DNA from: an uncultured delta proteobacterium
Lineage (GTDB): Bacteria > Myxococcota_A > Polyangia > Fen-1088
Length of the DNA: 64,000 nt
Direction of reading: 5' to 3'
NCBI GenBank assembly: GCA_963755125.1
Contig: CAVWIP010000006.1
Location: 128,001 to 192,000, forward strand
Part shown: in pieces, positions 17,326 through 26,499 of the stretch
How the letters are laid out: each line of letters begins with the position of its first letter
How positions within the stretch are numbered: position 1 is the stretch's first letter
Notes under the pieces: model-generated
What the model was told of the DNA's origin: nothing
The model's input: only the letters and a program-made list of their open reading frames with translations
Database searches by the model: none
Translations under genes and position numbers: made by a program

Positions 17326-19161
17326 TCAGACGCCGCCGGCCCGCATCTGGCGTTGCCAGGCGCGGGCGTAGGCGCCGCCCTTGGCCAGCAGTTCCGCGTG
17401 CCCGCCGGACTCGATCACTCGTCCCTCGTCCATCACGTGAATGCGGTCGGCGTACATGGCGGTGGTGAAACGATGGGTGATGATCAGCGCGGTCCGTCCC
17501 TGGGCCAGCGCGCGGAATCGCGCCAGCCAGTCGGCCTCGGCCCAGGGGTCCATGGCGCTGGTGGGCTCGTCGAGGATGATGACCGGGGCGCGGCGCTGGA
17601 ACGCGCGCGCGAGCGCGATGCGCTGCCACTCGCCCACACTCAGGTCGTTGCCTCCCGCGAACCATTTCCCCAACAAAGTGCTGTCGCCCTCGGGCAGCCG
17701 GGTGACGATCTCCCTGGCCCCGGCTTCGTCGATGGCCTTGTCGATTGCGGCCTTGCCAGGGGCCGCATCGAGATCCCCGAGCGCGATGTTCTCGGCCACC
17801 GTGGCGCTGTACTGCACCGGCTCCTGCATCAGCACGGTGACCAGGCGCCGGATCTCGCGCAGCCGCATCTGGCGCAGGTCCACCCCGTCGATCTGGAGCG
17901 AGCCAGCGTCGGGATCGTACAGCCGGCAGAGCAGCTTCACCAGGGTGCTCTTACCCGCGCCGTTGCGGCCCACCACCGCGGTGATCTGGCCGGCGGGAAT
18001 GGCCAGGCTGAAGTCCTGCAGGGCCGCTCGCTTGCTCCCCGGGTAGCGGAAGGTGACCTTGTCGAGCGCGATGCCCTGGGTCGGGGGCGAGGGCGCGGGC
18101 AGCGCGCGGTCCTGGTCCACCACCTTGCGATCGAGCGACAGAAACGCGAACAGGTCAGCGAGAAACAGGCTGTTGCTGTACGCCTCGCCCACGCTGGCCA
18201 GCAGGGAGCCGGCCAGTCCCTGTCCCTGGTTGAAGGCCTGGAAGAAGAGCGCGAGATCCCCGAGGCTGGTCTGCTGCTGGGTCGTCCGCCACACCATCCA
18301 CAGCGCCGCGCAGGCGGTGACCAGCAGGCCGCACGCGCTCGCCGCGGCCTCGGCCAGCCCCTGGTCGCGGGCCAGTTTGCGCCGCTCGCCGCGAAGCTGT
18401 TTGCGCACCGCCTGGTAGGCCGACTGAAAGTGCCCGCCGAGATCCAGCAGGCGCAACTCGGCGGCGGGCTGGCGCGCGGTCAGCAGCCAGTCAAAGTACC
18501 AGCTCCGGCGCTCGGGCGCGGTCGCCAGCAGGCGCCAGCGGTACAGCCGCAGGCGATGGTGCAGCAGCACGAAGAAGGCGGGCAAGGTGCTGACCAGCAG
18601 CGCGGCGGGCAGCCACACGCCGTAGCGAAGCAGCACGGCCACCATGGCGACCAGGGTGATGCCGTGCTGGAGCATGCTGCCCAGGTTTTCCAGCAGCATC
18701 ATGGGCCGGAAGCTGGCCTCGCTCTGCGCGCGATGGAGATGATCGAAGTAGTCGGGCAGATCGTAGTAGGCCAGGTCGACCTCAACGGACTTGCGGTGAA
18801 TCAGGGTGCGGATGTGATCCTGGACCAGCTCGGACAGGGTGGCGCGCACCCAGCCGGCCGCGCTTCGCAGCACCCCGCCCACCAGCATGACAGCCGCCAT
18901 CAACCCGAGCGGCAGCAGGGTGGGCCGCAGGGTTTGCCAGGTGGCGCCCCGGCGCAGGACCGGCACCAGGCTGTCCACCACGGATCGGGTCAGCGTCACG
19001 GTGGCGACCGGGAGCAGCCCCTGCACGGCCAGCAGCACGACCCACGCGACGGTCCAGCCCGGAGCTGCGTGGCGGACCAGGCCCAGGGTGCGCGGGAAGT
19101 ACGGGAGCAGCGACAACGTCCGCCGGAGCTTGGCGGAGATGAGGTTCAGGCTACCCGGCAT
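17326..19161 (-). CDS. ABC exporter, fused permease/ATPase (peptide exporter type)
   Basis: N-terminal TM domain; GRNGAGKST; LSVGEWQRIALARA; ILDEPTS; ITHR; start chosen at ATG 19161. Confidence 0.9.
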   Translation of the reverse strand: MPGSLNLISAKLRRTLSLLPYFPRTLGLVRHAAPGWTVAWVVLLAVQGLLPVATVTLTRSVVDSLVPVLRRGATWQTLRPTLLPLGLMAAVMLVGGVLRSAAGWVRATLSELVQDHIRTLIHRKSVEVDLAYYDLPDYFDHLHRAQSEASFRPMMLLENLGSMLQHGITLVAMVAVLLRYGVWLPAALLVSTLPAFFVLLHHRLRLYRWRLLATAPERRSWYFDWLLTARQPAAELRLLDLGGHFQSAYQAVRKQLRGERRKLARDQGLAEAAASACGLLVTACAALWMVWRTTQQQTSLGDLALFFQAFNQGQGLAGSLLASVGEAYSNSLFLADLFAFLSLDRKVVDQDRALPAPSPPTQGIALDKVTFRYPGSKRAALQDFSLAIPAGQITAVVGRNGAGKSTLVKLLCRLYDPDAGSLQIDGVDLRQMRLREIRRLVTVLMQEPVQYSATVAENIALGDLDAAPGKAAIDKAIDEAGAREIVTRLPEGDSTLLGKWFAGGNDLSVGEWQRIALARAFQRRAPVIILDEPTSAMDPWAEADWLARFRALAQGRTALIITHRFTTAMYADRIHVMDEGRVIESGGHAELLAKGGAYARAWQRQMRAGGV

Positions 19162-19216
19162 GAGCAAGGCAAGAGTAGGCGAGCGGCGAGAAATTGGCCA
19201 GGGCGCCAGGCTGGGG

Positions 19217-19702
19217 CTACAGGCAGGTGTAGCTGCCCAGACCGCAGATGCAGCCGGTGGCAGAGCCACCCAAGCAAGTGGAAAGCGGTGACGTGCAACT
19301 GGTTCCCGTCGCTGCCCCGGGCGGGCACGTCGACGGCCCGGCCGCGGTGTTCAGCGGACAGAGGTAGGTGCCCGAGACGCAGGCGCAGAGGCCACCCAGG
19401 CTGGGAAGAACACAAGCCGGCAGTCCGCTGGAACAGGCCGCGCCCAGCCGAACCTGAGACCCGCACACGACCTGGCCGAGACCGCCATCGCCCAGCAGGG
19501 CTGCCAGCCCGCCGTCGGGGAGCTGAATTCCCAAGTCCCCGCCCAATCCGGGAATGCCGCCAACCGCGGGCGAACCACCGGTAGCCTGCGTGGCAGCGCG
19601 GCTTGCATCGGCTGCGGAAGGCGCCAGCAAGCCGTCGCGGCCGCAGGAAGCCAGCAGGAGGACTGCCGCGAAAACTGTCTGCGCGAGAGTTCTTTTTCGC
19701 AT
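19217..19702 (-). CDS. Cys/Gly-rich lipoprotein
   Basis: Lipobox LASC; two Cys-rich modules ending in CxC..G.Y.C. Confidence 0.65.
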   Translation of the reverse strand: MRKRTLAQTVFAAVLLLASCGRDGLLAPSAADASRAATQATGGSPAVGGIPGLGGDLGIQLPDGGLAALLGDGGLGQVVCGSQVRLGAACSSGLPACVLPSLGGLCACVSGTYLCPLNTAAGPSTCPPGAATGTSCTSPLSTCLGGSATGCICGLGSYTCL

Positions 19703-19895
19703 TTCAATATTGGCCTGCAGTCACTTCAGCTAACAGCCAACATATTGTGGGGTTCGGCGTCCACGAATGCAACCGTAGCAAAATCGCTGTGCCCGTCGCG
19801 ACCTCATGCGGCTATCGGCAGATGGTTGGCCACAGCGTGGGCTTGTAGTCAGAGCCGTGCTTGGGTAAAAGAAGGGGTCGAAAGGACAAGACACC

Positions 19896-20477
19896 GTGGA
19901 AAACGAACACGACGAGGCACAGCAGGCAGCACAGGCAGCACCCCAGGAAACCCCGGCGCCGGACACAGCAAGGGCCGGATCCTCGCGCGGAAGACTTCTG
20001 GTTGGATTGGTGATTGTCGCGGCCGTCATCGCGGCCGTCGTCATAGCTGTGTTGCGGACTTCCGCAACGGACGCCGGGGCCAAGACCACGCCAGCGGACA
20101 TCACCCTGGTGACCTCGGATCGCACCGACGTGGACTGCGTGTCTCTCAAGGGCGTCCGGGGCTACTACTGTGGATATTCCAACGAGATCGCAACCTGGCA
20201 GGGCGACGAGCAGAACAAGCTGAAGCCGTACTACACGACCGATCGTCACCTGTATCTGGTTCCGGGTCTCTTCCTTGAGCCGGCCATTCGCGTCCGCTAC
20301 CAGTCCGAGCTGCCCAACAAGCCGCGCGAGCAACTCAAGCGCTTCACCGCGCACTGCCAGATCAAGGTCATCGACAAGCTGCCCGGGGTGCGCGTGCACT
20401 GGATCGCGAATAGCGCCTGGTCGGACCCCCAGGAGGTCGAGGTGGGGTTGGTCTCGAATTGCAAGATCGAAGGCTGA
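19896..20477 (+). CDS. Single-pass membrane hypothetical protein
   Basis: AAGGA RBS, GTG start, one TM helix, exported domain with 4 Cys. Confidence 0.6.
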   Translation: MENEHDEAQQAAQAAPQETPAPDTARAGSSRGRLLVGLVIVAAVIAAVVIAVLRTSATDAGAKTTPADITLVTSDRTDVDCVSLKGVRGYYCGYSNEIATWQGDEQNKLKPYYTTDRHLYLVPGLFLEPAIRVRYQSELPNKPREQLKRFTAHCQIKVIDKLPGVRVHWIANSAWSDPQEVEVGLVSNCKIEG

Positions 20478-20568
20478 CCTTCGAGCTTTGCTGGCGCGAC
20501 AGATCGTAGTGCGGAAAAACAGACGTTTGAGCGGGGCCAGGAGCGGACCAGGCGCCCAGGCCCGGTCC

Positions 20569-22233
20569 TCAAGAAGTGCTGTTTGCCAGGCGCTGGACGA
20601 TGAGCAAGGTCCGGTCGTCGGTGGCCTTTAGGCCGTTGGCGCGATCCACAGCATCGAAGATTTCCGCGCGCAGGGCGGTGGCTGTGCCGTTACCGCGCGA
20701 CTGCACGATGGTCACCAATTGGCGATCGGCCTCGTCCGCATCGGACCAGGAGTCGCTTATGCCGTCCGAGAATGCCAGCAGGCAGGCGCCCGGTTGCAGC
20801 ACCACCGTGCCTTGCTGATAGGTCGTCTCGGCGAAGGCGCCCAGCACGGTGCCGCCCACGTCCAGGCTTTGCCACTGCCCATCGGGCTGGATGAGCAAGG
20901 GCCGATTCTGGCCAGCGTTGACGTAGCTGAGAGCGCCGGTGCCGAGGTCCAGCCGTCCCAGGAAGAAGGTAGCGTACTTGTCGGGTGGAACGGTCTTGTG
21001 AAAGGTCCGATTGATACAGGCGGTGGCCTCGGACAGAGAGCCGTCGCGCCAGTTGGCGCGCACAGCGGCTTGCAGAGCTACCATCAGCATGGCTGCGCCG
21101 ATGCCCTTGCCCGACACGTCCGCCAGGGCCAGGTAAAGGTGCTGACCATCGTGTTCGAGATCGAAGTAGTCGCCACCCACCATGAGGCAGGGCTCGGTCA
21201 TTCCATCCACGCTGTAGCCTGCAATCTCGGGCGCCCTGCGGGGCAAAAGGTGGCACTGGATCTGTGCCGCCAGGCGCATGTCCTCCTCCAGCCGGCGCTT
21301 GTGCAAGTCTTCTTCCAGCAGCCGCGCGCTTTCGATCTTGGTGGCTGTGACATTGGCGAGCACGGTGAGGATCTGCAGATCCCGATAGGTCAGCGGCGGC
21401 TCGTCGCTTTGCGTGTCGAGGTAGACCAGCCCCAGCACGTGGCCAGGGCCGTCTCGGTTTGAACTTGACCAGAGGGGCGCGCACATGACGGAACGGATCG
21501 GATCGGTGCGCACGCTGTCTCGATCGCGCAGCCCGGGATCCTGGAACACGTCGGGCAGCAGGAAGGCGACGCGATCGTTGAGCGCCCGCTGGACGATGCC
21601 GTCGCTGACCTTCGCGATGTCAGGGCCGAAGCGCGTGCGCGTGGCCTTCAGGGTCGGCTGCGCGGGCCGCCCTTCCAGCAGCATGATGGCCGCGCGCTCG
21701 GCCGGAATTGCGTCGAGAATGGCCTCCAGAATCTTGTCGAAGAGGTCGGGCAACGGGTGGTGGACGACCAGGGAATTGGTGGCCTGGCAGAGCACGCCCA
21801 GCAGGCGGTCTTCGCCGACCAGATCGGTGACGTCGATAGCCTCCTTGGTGCGCAAGGTCATCTCGGGCACCACCTCGGCCTTCACCACCGCATCGCCCGG
21901 CCCCTCGCCAGCCCCGTCGGCCAGCGCAGCCTCGTGGAACACCAGGGAGATTCCGCCGACGGTGATGGTGTCACCCTCATGCAGAACTTGCTCGGCGAGG
22001 ACGCGGACATCGTTCACGAAGGTGCCGTTCGCGCTGTCCAGGTCCACCAGATAGCAGGCGCCGTCGCGCTGCTGGAACTCAGCATGGTGGCGGGACAGCA
22101 GCGAGTCGGCGAAGAAGATGTCGTTGTCCTCGGCGCGGCCCACCGTGGTGCGCAGACGCAGGCGTATGCGCCGGTACGCGCGCCCCTGGATGCTGCTCAC
22201 CGTGACTTCGGGAATGGTGTGTCTGAATTCCAT
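20569..22233 (-). CDS. FHA-GAF-PP2C (SpoIIE/RsbU-type) phosphatase
   Basis: FHA VGRAEDND..SRHHA..DLDSANGTFVN; GAF SVMCAPL..LVYLD; PP2C VGGDYFD, ADVSGKG, SDGI, DDRT. Confidence 0.9.
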   Translation of the reverse strand: MEFRHTIPEVTVSSIQGRAYRRIRLRLRTTVGRAEDNDIFFADSLLSRHHAEFQQRDGACYLVDLDSANGTFVNDVRVLAEQVLHEGDTITVGGISLVFHEAALADGAGEGPGDAVVKAEVVPEMTLRTKEAIDVTDLVGEDRLLGVLCQATNSLVVHHPLPDLFDKILEAILDAIPAERAAIMLLEGRPAQPTLKATRTRFGPDIAKVSDGIVQRALNDRVAFLLPDVFQDPGLRDRDSVRTDPIRSVMCAPLWSSSNRDGPGHVLGLVYLDTQSDEPPLTYRDLQILTVLANVTATKIESARLLEEDLHKRRLEEDMRLAAQIQCHLLPRRAPEIAGYSVDGMTEPCLMVGGDYFDLEHDGQHLYLALADVSGKGIGAAMLMVALQAAVRANWRDGSLSEATACINRTFHKTVPPDKYATFFLGRLDLGTGALSYVNAGQNRPLLIQPDGQWQSLDVGGTVLGAFAETTYQQGTVVLQPGACLLAFSDGISDSWSDADEADRQLVTIVQSRGNGTATALRAEIFDAVDRANGLKATDDRTLLIVQRLANSTS

Positions 22234-22423
22234 GGGACCCTGTGTGCCTTGTTCGTCACGTCTCTGATCGGGATGTGCAGAAACGTTCCGGGTCACGACA
22301 TCCCGAACCATGTTCCATCTCGCTGTCCCCGGATACCACGTGGCATGTGCATACTGCCGAAACTTACCGGACGCAATACGGCTGGCGGAACCCATGGCGC
22401 GGGTCGAGGGGCCAGGCGAAGGA

Positions 22424-23371
22424 TCAGGATCGAAAGGAAGGATGGCTCCGCTTGCGAATCAACTCGATTTGGCCATCGGCACGGTAGCTGGAACGGACCA
22501 GGGGCCCGGACTCCACATGGGCAAAGCCCAGGTCCAGCGCCTCCTGCTTGAGCCGGGCGAATTCTTCGGGCGGGACGTGGCGGGCTACCGGCAGGTGCTG
22601 GCGCGAAGGGCGCAGGTACTGACCCAGGGTGAGAATCTGGGCGCCGCTGGCTCGGGCTTCGCGCAGAACCGCGCGGACCTCGTCCAGGGTTTCGCCCAGA
22701 CCCAGCATCAGCCCGGTCTTGCTGAGAAACCCGCGTCCGCTGGCATGGGCCAGCACCGCACAGGAGCGGGAATAGCTGGCCTGCACGCGGACCTCGCGCG
22801 CCAGGCGGGGCACGGTTTCCAGGTTGTGGGAAAATACGTCAGGCCCGGCGTCGAGCACCTGATCCAGCGCGGTCAAATCGCCGGCAAAGTCGCCGGTCAA
22901 GGCTTCCAGCACCAGATGGGGACAGCGCTGCTTGACCGCGCGGATGGTGGCAGCCCAGTGGGTCGCGCCCCCGTCGGGCAGATCGTCGCGGTTCACGCAG
23001 GTGATGACGGCGTGGCGCAGGTCCAGGTCGGCCAGCAGGTTGGCCACGCGGTCGGGCTCGGCGGAATCCGGCGGCTGCGGCCGGCCGCTGGGAACGTCGC
23101 AGAATCGGCAGGACCGGGTGCACACGTCGCCCAGGATCATGATGGTCAACGATCGCCGGCTCCAGCATTCGCCGATGTTGGGGCACGATGCGCTTTCACA
23201 AACGGTGTGCACTCCTTGCGCACGCACGCGCGCGCGCAAGTCGAAGTAGGCCGCGCTGCTGGGCAGCTTCGTGCGAATCCACGACGGGTGCCGGGGCAAG
23301 GCGTCCCCGGTGGCACCGGTCGGGCGTGCCGCACGCAGGCGGCTGGATCGCGTGTCCACGACGCGGCTCAT
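22424..23371 (-). CDS. lipA: Lipoyl synthase
   Basis: CESASCPNIGEC, CTRSCRFC, HNLETV, GQYLRPS, RSSY. Confidence 0.95.
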   Translation of the reverse strand: MSRVVDTRSSRLRAARPTGATGDALPRHPSWIRTKLPSSAAYFDLRARVRAQGVHTVCESASCPNIGECWSRRSLTIMILGDVCTRSCRFCDVPSGRPQPPDSAEPDRVANLLADLDLRHAVITCVNRDDLPDGGATHWAATIRAVKQRCPHLVLEALTGDFAGDLTALDQVLDAGPDVFSHNLETVPRLAREVRVQASYSRSCAVLAHASGRGFLSKTGLMLGLGETLDEVRAVLREARASGAQILTLGQYLRPSRQHLPVARHVPPEEFARLKQEALDLGFAHVESGPLVRSSYRADGQIELIRKRSHPSFRS

Positions 23372-23475
23372 GCGGGCAATCTGGTCGAATCCCGCGCGGC
23401 CCGCAAGGCGGAAAAATCGAGGCGCACGGCACTTGCTTGTCGACGCGCTGGCATGGCCTATGATGAACCCGTCTC

Positions 23476-24144
23476 ATGCAACGGACCCTTGTCATCGGCG
23501 ACGTTCACGGCTGCCTGGACGAGCTGCAGGCACTCCTGCGCCAAGCGGGCGCGGGGCGCGGTGACCGCGTGGTTTTGGCCGGTGATCTTGTGGCCAAGGG
23601 GCCGGACTCGCGCGGCGTCGTGCACCTGGTGCGCGAAATCGGCGCGCTGGCCGTACTCGGCAATCACGATGCCTACAGCCTCGATGTGTGGCGCAGGCGC
23701 CGACAGGGCGAGACCAGGCATCCCCGTCGCTGGTTGCTCGACACGTTGGACGATTCGGATTGGGCTTTTCTTGAGAGCTTGCCGCTGTTTTTGCGGCTGG
23801 GCGCGGAACGCGAGGGCGGCCCGGAAGCCGCAGTGGTGCACGCCGGCGCGGTGCCCGGCATTGCGCTGGAAGATCAGGAACGCGACAACCTGCTCAGCCT
23901 GCGCAGCATGGTCGGGGGCACGGCCCCTACCAGACGCTTGCTCATGCGCTGGCCCTGGGCCGCAGCCTGGCGTGGCCCCGAGCACATCGTGTTCGGGCAC
24001 GATGCGGTTCGCGGACTGCAACAGTACCCACTGGCGACCGGCGTGGACACGGGGTGCGTGTATGGCCGCGCTCTCACTGCGCTGGAGCTTCCCTCGCGGC
24101 GCCTGTACACGGTGGCGGCGCGGCGGCGCTATGCCGCCGTCTGA
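23476..24144 (+). CDS. Calcineurin-like metallophosphoesterase (ApaH/PrpA-like)
   Basis: GDVHGC, GDLVAKGP, GNHD, VHAG, FGHD, DTGCVYG. Confidence 0.9.
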   Translation: MQRTLVIGDVHGCLDELQALLRQAGAGRGDRVVLAGDLVAKGPDSRGVVHLVREIGALAVLGNHDAYSLDVWRRRRQGETRHPRRWLLDTLDDSDWAFLESLPLFLRLGAEREGGPEAAVVHAGAVPGIALEDQERDNLLSLRSMVGGTAPTRRLLMRWPWAAAWRGPEHIVFGHDAVRGLQQYPLATGVDTGCVYGRALTALELPSRRLYTVAARRRYAAV

Positions 24145-24181
24145 GTTTCCATGTGGATCGCATGCTAGGCTCGAAGTGCGC

Positions 24182-24550
24182 ATGATAGTCGAGCTGAAGA
24201 AGCAGTTTCTCTTCGAGGCGGCGCACCACCTGCCTCGTGTTCCGGCCGGGCACAAGTGTGCGCGCGTGCACGGACACAGCTATCGCGTGGAGGTGGGTTT
24301 GCGCGGGCCGGTCGATGCGCAGACAGGCTGGCTGGTGGATTTTGCGCTCATCGACGATGCCTGGTCGGCGCTGCAGCGGCGCTTCGACCATCACATGCTC
24401 AATGAGGTGGAGGGGCTGGAGAATCCCACTTGCGAGAATCTGTGCGGCTACATCTGGACCGCGCTGAAAGCGGGAATTCCCCAGCTTTGCGCCGTGACGG
24501 TATGGGAAACCGCGGATTCCTGCTGTACCTACCGGGGAGAGATGGGGTAA
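24182..24550 (+). CDS. queD: 6-carboxy-5,6,7,8-tetrahydropterin synthase
   Basis: FEAAHHLP...KCARVHGHSY...ENPTCEN...WET (3' end of the 22310-24550 ORF). Confidence 0.93.
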   Translation: MIVELKKQFLFEAAHHLPRVPAGHKCARVHGHSYRVEVGLRGPVDAQTGWLVDFALIDDAWSALQRRFDHHMLNEVEGLENPTCENLCGYIWTALKAGIPQLCAVTVWETADSCCTYRGEMG

Positions 24551-24563
24551 TGAACAACCCATC

Positions 24564-25379
24564 GTGCGTGCCTTTCGCTGCTTGACCCTGAACCTGTGGG
24601 GAGCCGAGCCACCCCTGCAGCGTAGGATGGAACTGGTGACCGCTGCTCTGCGCGAACTTGCACCCGACGTGGTGGGATTTCAGGAGGTGCGCGAGGTGCC
24701 GGGCGAGCTTCCCAACCAGGCGGCAACCCTGGCGGCGGCCGCTGGCTTTCACCACGCCTTCGTGCCCGCCATGCCATTTGCCGGCGGTCAGGAAGGCCTA
24801 GCCATCCTTTCGCGCGAGCCCATCCTGGAGCACGTGGCCTTCGGCCTGCCCCACGCGGAAGCCGGCGAGCGCCGTATCTTGCTGTCGGCGCGGGTATCAT
24901 TCGAGAGCATCTCGGTCTGGGTTCACACCACGCACCTCAACTACCGGCTGGCCCATGGCAAGCAGCGCGAGGATCAGGTGCAGGCCATCGACTCCATCGT
25001 GGCGGCCCGTGCCGGCGACACGCCTTCGGTCCTGATGGGCGACTTCAACGCCCGGCCCGAGGCGGATGAGATCCGTTGGCTGCGCGGGCTGGTCACGCTG
25101 AGCGGCCGGCGCACCTACTACCAGGATGCCTGGGAACGGCTGCACCCCGACGGGCATGGCTGGACCTGGGCCCACGCCAACCCCTTCACCAAACCGCTGG
25201 CTTTTCTCGAGCCCGACCGCCGCATCGACTACATCTTCGTCACGCCCATGCGTCGGGACGGTCGCGCGACCATCCGGTCGTGTCGCATCGTCTTGGACCA
25301 GCCGGCCGCTGACGGCGTGTATGCCTCCGACCATTTTGGGTTGTTGGCCGAGATCCAGATGTCCGCCGGGGAATGCTAA
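24564..25379 (+). CDS. Endonuclease/exonuclease/phosphatase family protein
   Basis: TLN, FQEV, THL, GDFN, RIDYIF, SDH. Confidence 0.9.
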   Translation: MRAFRCLTLNLWGAEPPLQRRMELVTAALRELAPDVVGFQEVREVPGELPNQAATLAAAAGFHHAFVPAMPFAGGQEGLAILSREPILEHVAFGLPHAEAGERRILLSARVSFESISVWVHTTHLNYRLAHGKQREDQVQAIDSIVAARAGDTPSVLMGDFNARPEADEIRWLRGLVTLSGRRTYYQDAWERLHPDGHGWTWAHANPFTKPLAFLEPDRRIDYIFVTPMRRDGRATIRSCRIVLDQPAADGVYASDHFGLLAEIQMSAGEC

Positions 25380-26269
25380 TGTTCCGGCTTGCCCATGTGA
25401 CCGATCTGCACGTCCGCAACTTTGCCGGCGCACGGGTGCGCGATTTTTTCGGCAAGCGGGCCATCGGCTCGCTCAACTTGGCGCTGGTTCGTCGGCGCAA
25501 GCACCGCATGGAGTTGCTGGCGGCACTGGGCGAGGATCTCCGGGCGCGGCCGCACGATCATCTGGTGGTGAGTGGCGATCTGGGTAACGTCTCGCTGCTT
25601 TCCGAGTGGCGCGCGGCCAGAAACTGGATCGAACGCACCGGCTCGTCGATCGACAACACGACCGTCATCCCGGGCAATCACGACACCTATGTGAAAGAGG
25701 TCGTGGCGAGCGGGGCTTTTGAACAACTCTTCGCGGCCTACCAGCGCGCGGATGTGCGTCTGGCCGCCGACCGCTATCCCTTCGCGCGGCTGCGCGGCGA
25801 GATTGCCATCGTGTGCGCCAACACCTGCGTGCCCACCGGGGATCTGGGAGCGTGGGGCCGCTTGGGCGAGGCCCAGTTGCAACGGGTGGAGGCCCTGCTG
25901 GCGGCGCCCGAGGTGCGCGAGCGATTTCGCGTGCTGGTCATCCACCACCCGCCAGTCATGCACCGGCCACCCGAGAACCGGAATCTGCGCGACCGCGCGA
26001 AACTGGCCGAGGTGCTGGGGCGCGTGGGGGCGGAGTTGGTTTTGCATGGACACGACCATCGCGACGAATTCGCCGATCTGCCCGGGCCGGACGGCCGACG
26101 CATTCCCGTCGTGGGTGCTGGCTCGGCGTCCTACGCCGGCGCGACCGACAAGTGGTCTCGCTACAACATCTACGAGATCGATGGCGCGCGCGTCGACGCG
26201 TTCACCTATGCACACGACAGCGCGACCGGCGCTTTCCGGGAAGTCCGCCGGCGGACGGTCGCTGGCTGA
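25373..26269 (+). CDS. Metallophosphoesterase (Icc/CpdA-like)
   Basis: TDLH, SGDL, PGNHD, HHPP, HGHDH. Confidence 0.9.
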   Translation: MLMFRLAHVTDLHVRNFAGARVRDFFGKRAIGSLNLALVRRRKHRMELLAALGEDLRARPHDHLVVSGDLGNVSLLSEWRAARNWIERTGSSIDNTTVIPGNHDTYVKEVVASGAFEQLFAAYQRADVRLAADRYPFARLRGEIAIVCANTCVPTGDLGAWGRLGEAQLQRVEALLAAPEVRERFRVLVIHHPPVMHRPPENRNLRDRAKLAEVLGRVGAELVLHGHDHRDEFADLPGPDGRRIPVVGAGSASYAGATDKWSRYNIYEIDGARVDAFTYAHDSATGAFREVRRRTVAG

Positions 26270-26499
26270 GCAGGTAGGTGGGGCTCTCCCGGCGCCCCTG
26301 ACTTCTCGAAGACCCTATGTCCCTTGGTGGACAGCCATGGGTCGAAAGCGCAGCCCGCTGCCCGTTTTTTTTGATGGCGAGCCAGCGGAGGGTACTCTCA
26401 CTGCCCAAGAGAGGTCGAACCCATCCAGCCACGTGCAACCGATACCATCTTCGGCAAGCGCGGCATGTCCCAACACGATCCAAAACCGGGAGGCTCCAA

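Noticed and set aside
17353..19584. Long antisense ORFs (also 6702-8279, 46734-48299, 54212-55762, 60036-61928)
   Set aside because: Shadow ORFs typical of high-GC DNA opposite well-supported genes.
19217..19702. Cys-rich ORF upstream of the ABC exporter as a third RiPP precursor
   Set aside because: It has a lipoprotein signal and no YxxPxL leader; more likely a disulfide-bonded lipoprotein, though an immunity role is not excluded.
22310..24181. 746-aa ORF suggesting a large QueD fusion
   Set aside because: The upstream part is antisense to lipA and out of frame over the phosphoesterase; only 24182-24550 is queD.
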